A stretch of 64,000 bases of DNA from Methanobacteriota archaeon (GTDB taxonomy: Archaea > Thermoplasmatota > Poseidoniia > Poseidoniales > Poseidoniaceae): positions 3,393-67,392 of the forward strand of contig PBET01000024.1 in assembly GCA_002719815.1 (NCBI GenBank). Direction: 5' to 3'. The notes below the pieces were generated by a model. The model did no database searches. It worked only from the letters and a program-made list of their open reading frames with translations, and was not told the origin of the DNA. Made by a program: the position numbers and the translations under genes. Shown piece after piece: positions 21,401 through 29,272 of the stretch (within the stretch, counting starts at the first letter, position 1; each line of letters begins with the position of its first letter).

Positions 21401-22148
21401 GTTCCAAAAGCGGTAGTTCATCATCGATGTATGCTCCATGAAATCCGAGACGGAATGAGCCTGTGACACAAAGATGATGGATTGGGCTTCGCACTGATAA
21501 GGCCTTGAGAAACTGCTTCTCATCTTCATGAAAGTCAGGCGGATGGTTGAGAAGGAGGATACCACGAATTGCTCCAAGCGTGTAAGGCGTTGGAACATTC
21601 AAATCGGCGAGTGCTGAACAAATTCGGGCGATGACGTGGTGCTCATGCAGAAGATTTTCGTTTTCAAACGATGAAAGAATCCGATCTGCTTCAAATGCGC
21701 CGGGATCTTCTTCCCACGTCGAAAGGATACCATGTTTTGTTGCATACGCATGGAGAGAAAGCAAACGCTCTGATTTTGAAAGTGTCCATGGCCTGGTCAC
21801 GTCGGGATGGAGGCGAGGAAAACGATGATCTTGCGCTGCAGAGGCAAACTTTTCGTGAACTTGTACAAGACCAGTCGATGTTCTTGGCACAAGAACAGGT
21901 AGTCGGAGATCGATCGTTAAGGACTTCAAGAGTCGTTGAAGCGTTGTGTGTCTGCTTGAATCAACAGAGCCCGCTTTCTGAAGAATGGCCTGGATAGACG
22001 AGGACCGAGTGACTTCATTCGGATAGATGACCAATAAATCGTCCCGTCCTGTTGCAATTTCATCCACAACCCAGGACGGGACGGTCGTATCGAAAGGGCA
22101 TGACTCTACTGTGATGTTCTCAGCCATATCCTCCCCACCCATCTTCAT
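18444..22148 (-). CDS. AddB/RecC-like subunit: no Walker A, C-terminal RecB-family nuclease with AddB-type Fe-S Cys signature
   Basis: 1234 aa; GRIDRVDHLVL, FIIIRDLKTIEG, EIQLALYARA; Cys at TCPRQ plus CKYCSLASAC; 4-nt overlap with AddA-like gene. Confidence 0.8.
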   Translation of the reverse strand: MKMGGEDMAENITVESCPFDTTVPSWVVDEIATGRDDLLVIYPNEVTRSSSIQAILQKAGSVDSSRHTTLQRLLKSLTIDLRLPVLVPRTSTGLVQVHEKFASAAQDHRFPRLHPDVTRPWTLSKSERLLSLHAYATKHGILSTWEEDPGAFEADRILSSFENENLLHEHHVIARICSALADLNVPTPYTLGAIRGILLLNHPPDFHEDEKQFLKALSVRSPIHHLCVTGSFRLGFHGAYIDDELPLLERDDQLPEWVPRHTVLPPASGNADYATEGIHLLSFDRASQIPDAAISVINHFNKHEQGRILLIDADKGRHKEWIRRLQRIGITCDTQADSVGSTSAIQAILRFLSIPNGQDAWSTAKLFDIAQSKAFPIIGKLFSDLTHPEKKDWRPRPHLDVIENIGRSFHVLGGKGALQRWLGSLAVAKPYAVEAYRREEELRAIEETQWWLQCLATSWTALLDETEKNFLANPFVGASSNISLPLPEPSKTPRDVLSTILHACDWEALFERTRHYDASVGAVQSWVRSVDGLLQYQSSLPFIDFCRLAADQTKLPMNRVRHFDVHICTPKQAFGVASDLTLFVGIDAESWSMKPERVPWIDDSVRVELGLNDGDLPVRQARHLFKSVLNSSQQVILFDTEHDESAGNSTPVVEYLSGVELQGDLRNLAAIPAFLQEEVSDGAGWSIVTRETGNWLTYRTSSLSVNGGEVELERAENMQRDLQQQTGLELKALRTPSGTIQSANTIANRFERDVHLDRYRRQPKFKPLANGSILPWEIRESLLTTTGLVIEPTVSQAEVSGGRTSASYPHLGYKKNGNSRGPSLDPRPLPPPTYGSPSLNEILSSQPIETESKTWSTSRLTPWLTCPRQAWSEQTLDATDNTPEPSEDIAPLTKGTLVHAIEEHLMTLLGIEVGGTPLAEGTPMHQGTSLSNQEIWESLLWHLSEIAPWLSRTNAVSVHRCNDLIGCSPEDWNDWLEGNGTLPIGGRLGRLLLADLNLTSAAPIASEWALQHGTELSVEIEGFDDQFETSCIKLRGRIDRVDHLVLDESLLERLTERGLYDESAEGMPLFFDGSGPPAKRFIIIRDLKTIEGPKPGEDGIRHVAGLFKEIQLALYARAWELAHPGDRVIGVGISEVGDDTEHLLELDPSFAFLEESRTIGTRTFYSGNHFRIPTEGTTPESNSFRAWMSSRITAAIRAQDASELGWNHPAPGDHCKYCSLASACSSASIGGETK

Positions 22149-22160
22149 GCGTGGCGACAG

Positions 22161-22178
22161 TATAAAACTGAACGTTCA
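22161..22178. promoter_or_regulatory. TATAAAA element plus 10-bp palindrome TGAACGTTCA just upstream of the addB-like start (minus strand)
   Basis: Seen in sequence; spacing to ATG is short so assignment tentative. Confidence 0.3.
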
Positions 22179-22241
22179 AAATTTTGTTATTTTTTGTAGG
22201 GTGTTGGCATTTTTCATCGATTCTGAGGTGGATGTCGGATA

Positions 22242-22308
22242 ACATGAATTGTAACATGAATAATTCATGTTTTGTATAATTCAGAACATGAATCGTTGGA
22301 TTTAAATA
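22242..22308 (+). promoter_or_regulatory. Putative operator: four ACATGAAT half-sites (three direct, one inverted forming the perfect palindrome ACATGAATAATTCATGT) followed by TGTATAAT and TTTAAATA boxes upstream of the TFB gene
   Basis: Direct reading of 22242-22293 and TATA-like 22301-22308; SD-like GGAGGA precedes ATG at 22422. Confidence 0.45.
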
Positions 22309-22421
22309 GTACGGCGTCCATAAAGATACTCCAGCGCGTCGGTCCGAGCCCAATCCCACTTATTCCACCAACCCCTCGGACTTAATCATGTTGGAACAAA
22401 CAAGAACAAGGAGGACAAAAT

Positions 22422-23495
22422 ATGACGAAAAAGTGTGAAGAATGTGGCAGTTATGACTTGAAAGCGGACAACATCCGAGGCGAGGTGGTTTGCAACGATT
22501 GTGGACTTGTCATCGAGGATCAAGCCTCGGCGACCCAAAACGACAATGCAGGAACAATGTGGGGCGAAAATGCATCCAACACTCCGACCAAAGATGAAGC
22601 CAAGATTAAGACTGGCTCGAAGGGTAATGCGCTTGGTTCCTACATCGGTAAGCCAAATGAAGCGAAGGGCAAGTGGAAAATCCTACGACACCTGCACGCT
22701 CGAGATGTCAAGGACCTGCACCCAATGGCGCAAGCTACGATGGATGCTGCAAAGGAGTTGGCTGGCAAGGACAACGCCATGAAGGCGAAGAAAGTCATCA
22801 CCCTAGCGACCGTTCCACTCGATGATGAGAAAGCGAAGGCGTTGCGAGAAATCGCTGATGAGGAGGAAATCATCCTTCCAAAGAACTCTGTTTGCCGAAA
22901 GAAAACCCGAGGGGGAAGCACCCAGAACAACGAGAAGTTGCTTGCGCTGGGTTGTCTGCGAGCACATCAGGAGCGAACTGGCAAAATCAACATCGATTGG
23001 CCCCAGATGGTTGAAGGCACTGGTTTGACCATGGCTCAGGTTGTTGATGCTGCAAAAGTCATCATGAAGTACCTTAATCTATGCGAGAAAGCGCATCTTA
23101 TCGAAGAGCGAGCAGACCGAAGAACTGTTCATCTCGAGTTGCGAAACACCGAAATCGAGAACACTACGCTTCGACTGAAGCAACTTCTCGAAGATGTTGA
23201 TGAATCCGTGAAGACGCAAATCATGGACGATTACAAGCAACGACTCTTCACCTTGGGTGAGCCGACATTAGGCGGTTCACCGTTCTCAAGCGAGAACATT
23301 GAGGCCAAGGTCCTCTGCGCAATTCTCTTCCAAATCTCATGCGAGTCCTTTGGTGTTGAACAAGGACGGCTCGAGAACATCGCTCATGCGATTGGTCGAT
23401 GTCGAAACACCATCAAGAACCGCCTCAAGTCCCTTCGAAAGAAGGTGGCGTCTGGTGAGCTGGTTGACTTTGGTGTCTTGCAGAAGAAGCACTGA
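22422..23495 (+). CDS. tfb: Transcription initiation factor IIB (TFB), divergent paralog
   Basis: N-terminal Zn ribbon CEECGS..CNDCG, B-linker-like GSKGNALGSYIG...KWKILRHL, two degenerate cyclin folds (LALGCLRAHQERTGKINIDWPQM, KVLCAILFQISCESFG). Confidence 0.75.
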   Translation: MTKKCEECGSYDLKADNIRGEVVCNDCGLVIEDQASATQNDNAGTMWGENASNTPTKDEAKIKTGSKGNALGSYIGKPNEAKGKWKILRHLHARDVKDLHPMAQATMDAAKELAGKDNAMKAKKVITLATVPLDDEKAKALREIADEEEIILPKNSVCRKKTRGGSTQNNEKLLALGCLRAHQERTGKINIDWPQMVEGTGLTMAQVVDAAKVIMKYLNLCEKAHLIEERADRRTVHLELRNTEIENTTLRLKQLLEDVDESVKTQIMDDYKQRLFTLGEPTLGGSPFSSENIEAKVLCAILFQISCESFGVEQGRLENIAHAIGRCRNTIKNRLKSLRKKVASGELVDFGVLQKKH

Positions 23496-23542
23496 ATCGT
23501 GAGATGGATTATCTCATTAAGGAGAGGTTCGTCCAGCGATAC

Positions 23543-24442
23543 ATGACTCGATTGCTCGTTGTTGGAGTTTTAGTTGTCCTGATGGTTTCTGTTGTACCTG
23601 TAGCGCATGCTGCGGAGATTAAAGAACTTGAAACAGGCATGCTCTTTGGTGGACTTCATGGAATGGCGAATGAGACCATCGTCGTCAACAGTAGCCTAGA
23701 AGATCTTCCTGCAATTGCTGAAGATTACACAGCCACCTGGTGTGGAAATTGTGTTGAAGTCGGCAATGCGCTCGAGACTGTGGCGGAGAACATCAGCATG
23801 GAGATCTATGCTGTTCATCGGAACATCTACGAGACTCAGGATCCACTAGGCAACGAGAATGTCGACGCACGCTTTAGGGACCGATACGATATCTATGCGC
23901 CAGAATTCAAACCTCCTGTGGCCGGTATCAATGGCAAGTACTCCCTTCGTGGTAGCAACCCTGTTGGTGATTCTCTGGAATCTGACTTTGCAGACTTAGC
24001 ATCACAACCGCATAATCTTGGAGATGGTTCCGTCACAATGACATGGACACCAACGGGTGATAATTCAGGAACTGTCGCTTGGAGCATTGATCAATCAACC
24101 AGTGCAGTTTACAATGTAACCATATGGATGGTCGAGAAAGAAGCTTACTTCCCAGATGGTACAAACAACCAGATCTACTACCATCACATTGTTCGTGAAA
24201 TCATTGATGTGGGAACTGTTACTGAAACTGGACTGAGTACGGGAACTGAGCAGATTACCTATGCCGATGCATACGATGATGATGACCTTGAAGTCCATAT
24301 CATGTTCCATGAGTACATCGAACGTCCTGAAATACAAGACGAGACCCCAACAGAACCTACCTCAGAGGATACACCCTTCCTCTCCATGCCTTTGACGATA
24401 CTTGCCCTTCTTGCAGTAGCCCTACGGCGACAGGATCAGTAG
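23543..24442 (+). CDS. Secreted thioredoxin-fold (WCGNC) protein with Thr/Pro-rich linker and PGF-CTERM-like sorting tail (PFLS...TM...RRQDQ)
   Basis: Signal peptide after ATG 23543 (alt ATG 23504); CxxC motif TATWCGNCVEV; C-terminal hydrophobic helix + basic residues. Confidence 0.65.
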   Translation: MTRLLVVGVLVVLMVSVVPVAHAAEIKELETGMLFGGLHGMANETIVVNSSLEDLPAIAEDYTATWCGNCVEVGNALETVAENISMEIYAVHRNIYETQDPLGNENVDARFRDRYDIYAPEFKPPVAGINGKYSLRGSNPVGDSLESDFADLASQPHNLGDGSVTMTWTPTGDNSGTVAWSIDQSTSAVYNVTIWMVEKEAYFPDGTNNQIYYHHIVREIIDVGTVTETGLSTGTEQITYADAYDDDDLEVHIMFHEYIERPEIQDETPTEPTSEDTPFLSMPLTILALLAVALRRQDQ

Positions 24443-26709
24443 AAATCAACCATGTTTGCGTGAAGTCGAGCATCAACTTCTGGCATGCGATCAGGCGGAC
24501 GTCCCACCTCGATGAAACGAAGAACGTAATCATCGATGTTTGCAAATCCAAACTCTTCGGTCATCGGTTCCATGAGTTCTCGCAACGCCTGTCGAGGATC
24601 TGCAATTGGGAAATCTCGACGGATGAAGACTTGGTTTAATTGACGATAACGTGCATGTCTGTATCCCAAAATCTCAAGGATTCGGCGAAGTGCATCTTCT
24701 TCTTGGGCAGATCGGATGGTTAGTCGCAAACGACATCCTTGCATCCGGAACATTCCACGCACACCACCGAGTTCGACCTGATGGCCAATCGGTTGCAGCG
24801 AAAGTGCCTCCCACACCAGTGGCATCGTTCGATACCAGCGATAGAATTGATCATCTTGACGAGGCTCTCTGGGTTCTTCTTCATTCTGAAACGGGGGATT
24901 TACAACAAGATTCTCTCGGATTTGTTGCCATCGAGGGAAGATGACTTGTTGTTGCAACCTCTGACGATAAAAATCTCCTTCTAAGATTTGATCATCATCA
25001 AATTCGTAATCAAAATCTGGATTTAAGTGGCCAGGCATATCGAAACCAACTTCCCGACCGGGACGTTGTTTCCAGTCTGCAACAATTTCCTCATCAGTCA
25101 TCAATTTCAAAGAACGGAATGCGATTGGTTCTTCTTCTTCCCCATCACCAAGGAGAAGACGATGAAGATGAAATCTGTGTTGCTTCCCAGATCGCTTGTA
25201 GAAGTCTTCTGGGTCCGCCCCTGTGTCTTTTTGAGCTACCCCGATTGGTGGCTGGGTCAGCAAATGCATCTGCAAACTATTCACCCGTTTCGAAGTCGTG
25301 ACATCTGAGAGAAGCGAGAGTATGACAATTGCAATGGTATCCCCTATCGGGATATCTTTGTGGTAGTTTCCTGTATGAATGCAAATCGAATGCCGATGCG
25401 TCACAGTCTTACCAACACCATGAATTTTGAAAGGTGCATTGTGTGCACCACGACCAATTCGAACCTCGTAGAAATGGCCAAGCATCCCTCGAACGAGCAT
25501 GCGGTCTCGATGAACCCAGGTATCGTTCGGGAATTGTTGAAGAACGCCTCGCAAAAATTGCATTGAACGGCGGAAGGGGACATTCGCAGTCTCAGCATTT
25601 TCATATGCTGCCGTCCAATTCATCTGCGTAGCAATGAGCCATTCGCCTTCTTTGGAACCGTGTGGGGAAGATCCCCATGAAATCAATCCAGCCAAGAGGC
25701 CTGGCACGAAGGGAATTTTTGCTCGGCGTACACTTCCATTCTTCGCCAATGTTCTAAAACAGAGATTTCCCTTAGAATTGACCATAAATGGGAAACTAAC
25801 ATTTGCATGTTTCACGGATTCTGACAACTCAATCCAACGTTGAACCCAGGGCCATTGTGAAGGCGGAATCGCCCTATTTTCTTGGTTCCGAATAAAGCGC
25901 CGTGCAAATTTCATCCGTTGTCTTGGTCGACGACCTGCCATTCGTTCCATCAAGTGGGACGACCAATCAGACCCGTCAGAAAAGAGTGGTTTCTTTTTAC
26001 GGCGCTCGTTTTGATCTAAGAGAAACGATGTTTGGACAAATACATCAAAGGGAGAAAGGAGTTCACGTTCAAATTGTCCAAACAGTCGATGGTAACGCTG
26101 TAGGATTCGTCGAGGGCGTCCTTGAGGATCGAGTGTTTGGTACAACCCACTCAACGCTAAGAAGAGCTTGACGAGATCCCAACCTTTGCGTTCTTCAGGA
26201 TTCAGGAGAAGCAAGAGGTACTGCTCCATCGGAATTCGAGCCTCGTGAATCCGCCCGTCGATGGTCATTCGTCCATCGATAAATGCGAGAAGCGTTCCAT
26301 CCCACATCACGAAGCCTTCCTCAAGGCGTTCCTTTTCGTAACCAGAATAACCTGTTTGCTTTTCGAGTTTTTCAATAAAGATGGACTCTTCTTCTTCGGG
26401 AAATGGGGAGTGGCGGACGGGATCTTGATCCGCCTCATCAAGACGGGCCCAGTCAACATCGGGCGTATGATTCATGAAGCGTTCGAGATTTCCCCAGCGC
26501 TTTTTCAATGAACGAACTGGCCCGCCAAGGACCGATGCCATGCGTTGATGGACTTCAAGAGGCAACGATGGTGCCCATTTACTCTCTTCGGTCAATTCGA
26601 TGCAGCGTATGCAGATTGGACAATTCGTTTCAGTATTTTCATTTTGGCAGATGCCACAGGCTTCCCCAATCATGGGGATACTGAATGTCGAGGTGTTAAA
26701 AAGTTTCAA
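24436..26709 (-). CDS. Large uncharacterised protein with N-terminal Cys-rich zinc-ribbon (CGICQ...CPICIRC), His-rich core and acidic segments
   Basis: 757 aa single long ORF, translationally coupled (4-nt overlap) downstream of threonine aldolase; no family recognised by eye. Confidence 0.7.
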   Translation of the reverse strand: MKLFNTSTFSIPMIGEACGICQNENTETNCPICIRCIELTEESKWAPSLPLEVHQRMASVLGGPVRSLKKRWGNLERFMNHTPDVDWARLDEADQDPVRHSPFPEEEESIFIEKLEKQTGYSGYEKERLEEGFVMWDGTLLAFIDGRMTIDGRIHEARIPMEQYLLLLLNPEERKGWDLVKLFLALSGLYQTLDPQGRPRRILQRYHRLFGQFERELLSPFDVFVQTSFLLDQNERRKKKPLFSDGSDWSSHLMERMAGRRPRQRMKFARRFIRNQENRAIPPSQWPWVQRWIELSESVKHANVSFPFMVNSKGNLCFRTLAKNGSVRRAKIPFVPGLLAGLISWGSSPHGSKEGEWLIATQMNWTAAYENAETANVPFRRSMQFLRGVLQQFPNDTWVHRDRMLVRGMLGHFYEVRIGRGAHNAPFKIHGVGKTVTHRHSICIHTGNYHKDIPIGDTIAIVILSLLSDVTTSKRVNSLQMHLLTQPPIGVAQKDTGADPEDFYKRSGKQHRFHLHRLLLGDGEEEEPIAFRSLKLMTDEEIVADWKQRPGREVGFDMPGHLNPDFDYEFDDDQILEGDFYRQRLQQQVIFPRWQQIRENLVVNPPFQNEEEPREPRQDDQFYRWYRTMPLVWEALSLQPIGHQVELGGVRGMFRMQGCRLRLTIRSAQEEDALRRILEILGYRHARYRQLNQVFIRRDFPIADPRQALRELMEPMTEEFGFANIDDYVLRFIEVGRPPDRMPEVDARLHANMVDFY

Positions 26710-27752
26710 TGAAGAGATGACAACGCTTCAATGACGTTTTTTACATCTTCATCCGTGATATGAAGATGTGTTACAATTCGACAATGTGTTGGAGAAATAT
26801 CGAACATATCGATGCCTGCCTTTGCCATTCTTTCAGAAACTTCACTGGCCGAATGATCGTTCGCTGAGAAGTAGACCATGTTGGTTTGGACGGCGTTAAG
26901 GTCAACCGATACATGATCCATTTCATCGATTGCTTGTGCGATGGTTAATGCTCGACGATGATCTTCTTCCATCCGTTGAACGTTATTTTCAAGGGCATAA
27001 ATCCCTGCCGCAGCAAGAATTCCAGATTGACGCATACCTCCACCAAACATCTTTCGCCATCGATGCGCTTGTTCAATGAATTCAGTCGATCCGACAAGAA
27101 CAGAGCCTACAGGTGCTCCAAGGCCTTTGGAAAGACAAATGGATACTGAATCATAATCTCGAGTCATGCGAGGCAAAGGCGTCTTGGTGGCAACTGACGC
27201 ATTGAAAATTCGAGCACCATCGATGTGTGTTGAACAGTTCTTTTCCTTCGATACCTCTGCAATCGCATCGAGAACGTTTTGCTCATAACACGTCCCTCCT
27301 CCACGGTTCGCTGTGTTTTCAACACAGACAAGGCTTCCATCTGGATAATGCGATTGTGAACCACGTTGTTTTCGAATTGCCTGTTGAACAAGTTCAGGCG
27401 TAAGAAGACCATTGACTCCTTCCGGAAGAGCAACGCTTGAACCGCACAAAGCAGCGTATCCACCCCCCTCATAAAGATAGATGTGGCTGTAACGCTCGGT
27501 TACGATCTCATCACCAGGGACTGTGTGTGTCTTGAGTGCGACTGCATTCGACATCGTTCCTGATGGAACAAAGAGACCCGCTTCTTTTCCACACATTTCC
27601 GCAACCATTGCTTCAAGGCGCTGAACTGTTGGGTCGTCGCCTAAGACATCATCGCCTACTGCAGCATCTGCCATTGCTTGTCTCATCGGTGCAGTCGGTT
27701 GAGTGACTGTATCCGAACGCAAATCAATTCGGTTCGATTCAATGTCTCGCAT
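26706..27752 (-). CDS. ltaE: Low-specificity L-threonine aldolase (PLP, fold type I)
   Basis: DLRSDTVT, GTMSNAV, PLP-lysine region SICLSKGLGAPVGS; ~345 aa. Confidence 0.85.
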   Translation of the reverse strand: MRDIESNRIDLRSDTVTQPTAPMRQAMADAAVGDDVLGDDPTVQRLEAMVAEMCGKEAGLFVPSGTMSNAVALKTHTVPGDEIVTERYSHIYLYEGGGYAALCGSSVALPEGVNGLLTPELVQQAIRKQRGSQSHYPDGSLVCVENTANRGGGTCYEQNVLDAIAEVSKEKNCSTHIDGARIFNASVATKTPLPRMTRDYDSVSICLSKGLGAPVGSVLVGSTEFIEQAHRWRKMFGGGMRQSGILAAAGIYALENNVQRMEEDHRRALTIAQAIDEMDHVSVDLNAVQTNMVYFSANDHSASEVSERMAKAGIDMFDISPTHCRIVTHLHITDEDVKNVIEALSSLH

Positions 27753-27790
27753 GGTTGCTCCACATCGTTGCCCATGTTCAAGGAATCGAC

Positions 27791-28132
27791 TTAGAGCAAT
27801 TTCAATTCACCAGTCAACGCATCCAATTTTTCTTCTTCATCAGGCCCCAAGGCAAGAACTGTGTAAGACCCAGCAGGAATCTGTGTATGCCCTGCATCAT
27901 GAATCTTTGAAGTTAGAATCTGATGGTGTTTGGCTTGTTGTTCAATCTGCTCAAGTTGACGAACATCATTCGCTTTAACACAGACTTTTTTCTGTCCAGT
28001 AGAAAGCCATGCATCAAGCAGTTCTGGACGAAGTTCTCCTGATTGGAGCGTCGCTTTAACTGCAGCATGACCGACTTGGGCGCCAATTTTCCCCTTACCC
28101 ATTTTCAATGCGTGATTGATGACAAAGACCAT
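27791..28132 (-). CDS. pth: Peptidyl-tRNA hydrolase, PTH2 family
   Basis: MVFVINHALKMGKGKIGAQVGHAAV ... DAGHTQIPAGSYTVLALGP ... LTGELKLL; start at internal ATG 28132. Confidence 0.85.
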   Translation of the reverse strand: MVFVINHALKMGKGKIGAQVGHAAVKATLQSGELRPELLDAWLSTGQKKVCVKANDVRQLEQIEQQAKHHQILTSKIHDAGHTQIPAGSYTVLALGPDEEEKLDALTGELKLL

Positions 28133-28219
28133 TTTCAATGGTTGATCGTTTTTCACAAAGCGTTCAAATTTGGGTGCGGTGATTCGGTGCAGAAACGAGC
28201 GGATCCCCATTCAATCACC

Positions 28220-28564
28220 TCATTCGTACGTCTTCAATTCTCCGAAAAGTGAATCCATGGTGTGACGAGGGGCGGGCCCCACACCAAGAACCGTTACCGT
28301 CCCAGGAGCGACTTCTGTCAGCCCAGCATCTTTGATGAGTGCAAATGGAAGTGATGCTTCTTCTACCAAATTGAGGAAATACTCGATCTCTTCTTCGTCA
28401 TCGACTGCAAGACAGATTTTTCGAGATGCAGATTCTTTCCAACGCTGAACCATTCTTGAATGCGTTTTCTTTGCACGCTGAAGTGATGCAACGGCAGCGT
28501 GAGCGCACTGAACTGCGAGTTTACCTGCTGAGAGATTGAGATCCGTGCGACATAGAAATGCCAT
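28220..28564 (-). CDS. Second, more divergent PTH2-family peptidyl-tRNA hydrolase paralog (tandem)
   Basis: MAFLCRTDLNLSAGKLAVQCAHAAV ... DAGLTEVAPGTVTVLGVGP ... LFGELK; start at ATG 28564. Confidence 0.8.
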   Translation of the reverse strand: MAFLCRTDLNLSAGKLAVQCAHAAVASLQRAKKTHSRMVQRWKESASRKICLAVDDEEEIEYFLNLVEEASLPFALIKDAGLTEVAPGTVTVLGVGPAPRHTMDSLFGELKTYE

Positions 28565-28574
28565 TGTGGGTGGA

Positions 28575-29234
28575 TCAGAAAGTGCTGACATGCTCACTCT
28601 CCTGCTGAATGAGTTCACTGTTTGACCGGTTCATTTGCAGGATGCGATCGAACCACTGGCCAAACCACATTGCGAAGAACAGGTTGCCAAGGAAGTGGAG
28701 TACATCGAACAACAGTCCATTGACAAGATAAAGACCAAACTCAAGTGCTGACATGCTTGAATCAATGATTGAAAGTGATACAATCAAACTGAATACAGGC
28801 ACACTCCACAATGCTGAGAAAGCGAGTTGCGTCATTGATAGGTTTCCATTTGCATCATGGACGCTGATTTGCGAGGCAACAAGGGCGACCGTTCCCCATC
28901 CTAAGATTTGGAACAAACTCCACCAACCATGACCAAGTACGGCATTGCTCGCAAGCGTCACAAGAACTGCGAATGCAAAACCTCGTTGTGCTCCGAATTT
29001 TGAACCGACCAGAACAGCGAGTATCGTTACCGGCATGACGTTTGGAATGAAGCTCATCGCAATACGGGAGACTGAAGCAATTGCAACGATCAGAAACAGT
29101 GGCCATAACCATGTATTTCCATCCTTTTGAGGTTTCACCAACAACCAGATGGCGATGAAGAAGAGTGTCGCATGAGCCAACAACAAGACTGTGGGAGATA
29201 CGGTAGGCCCGTGCGTACCTATCGCGCTCAGCAT
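28575..29234 (-). CDS. Integral membrane protein (6 TM; ECF S-component-like size), unknown function
   Basis: Hydrophobic ORF; start ambiguous (29234 ATG vs 29288). Confidence 0.55.
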   Translation of the reverse strand: MLSAIGTHGPTVSPTVLLLAHATLFFIAIWLLVKPQKDGNTWLWPLFLIVAIASVSRIAMSFIPNVMPVTILAVLVGSKFGAQRGFAFAVLVTLASNAVLGHGWWSLFQILGWGTVALVASQISVHDANGNLSMTQLAFSALWSVPVFSLIVSLSIIDSSMSALEFGLYLVNGLLFDVLHFLGNLFFAMWFGQWFDRILQMNRSNSELIQQESEHVSTF

Positions 29235-29272
29235 GCTCCTCCGAGCCGACGGACAGCCTTGAGTGTTACCGC

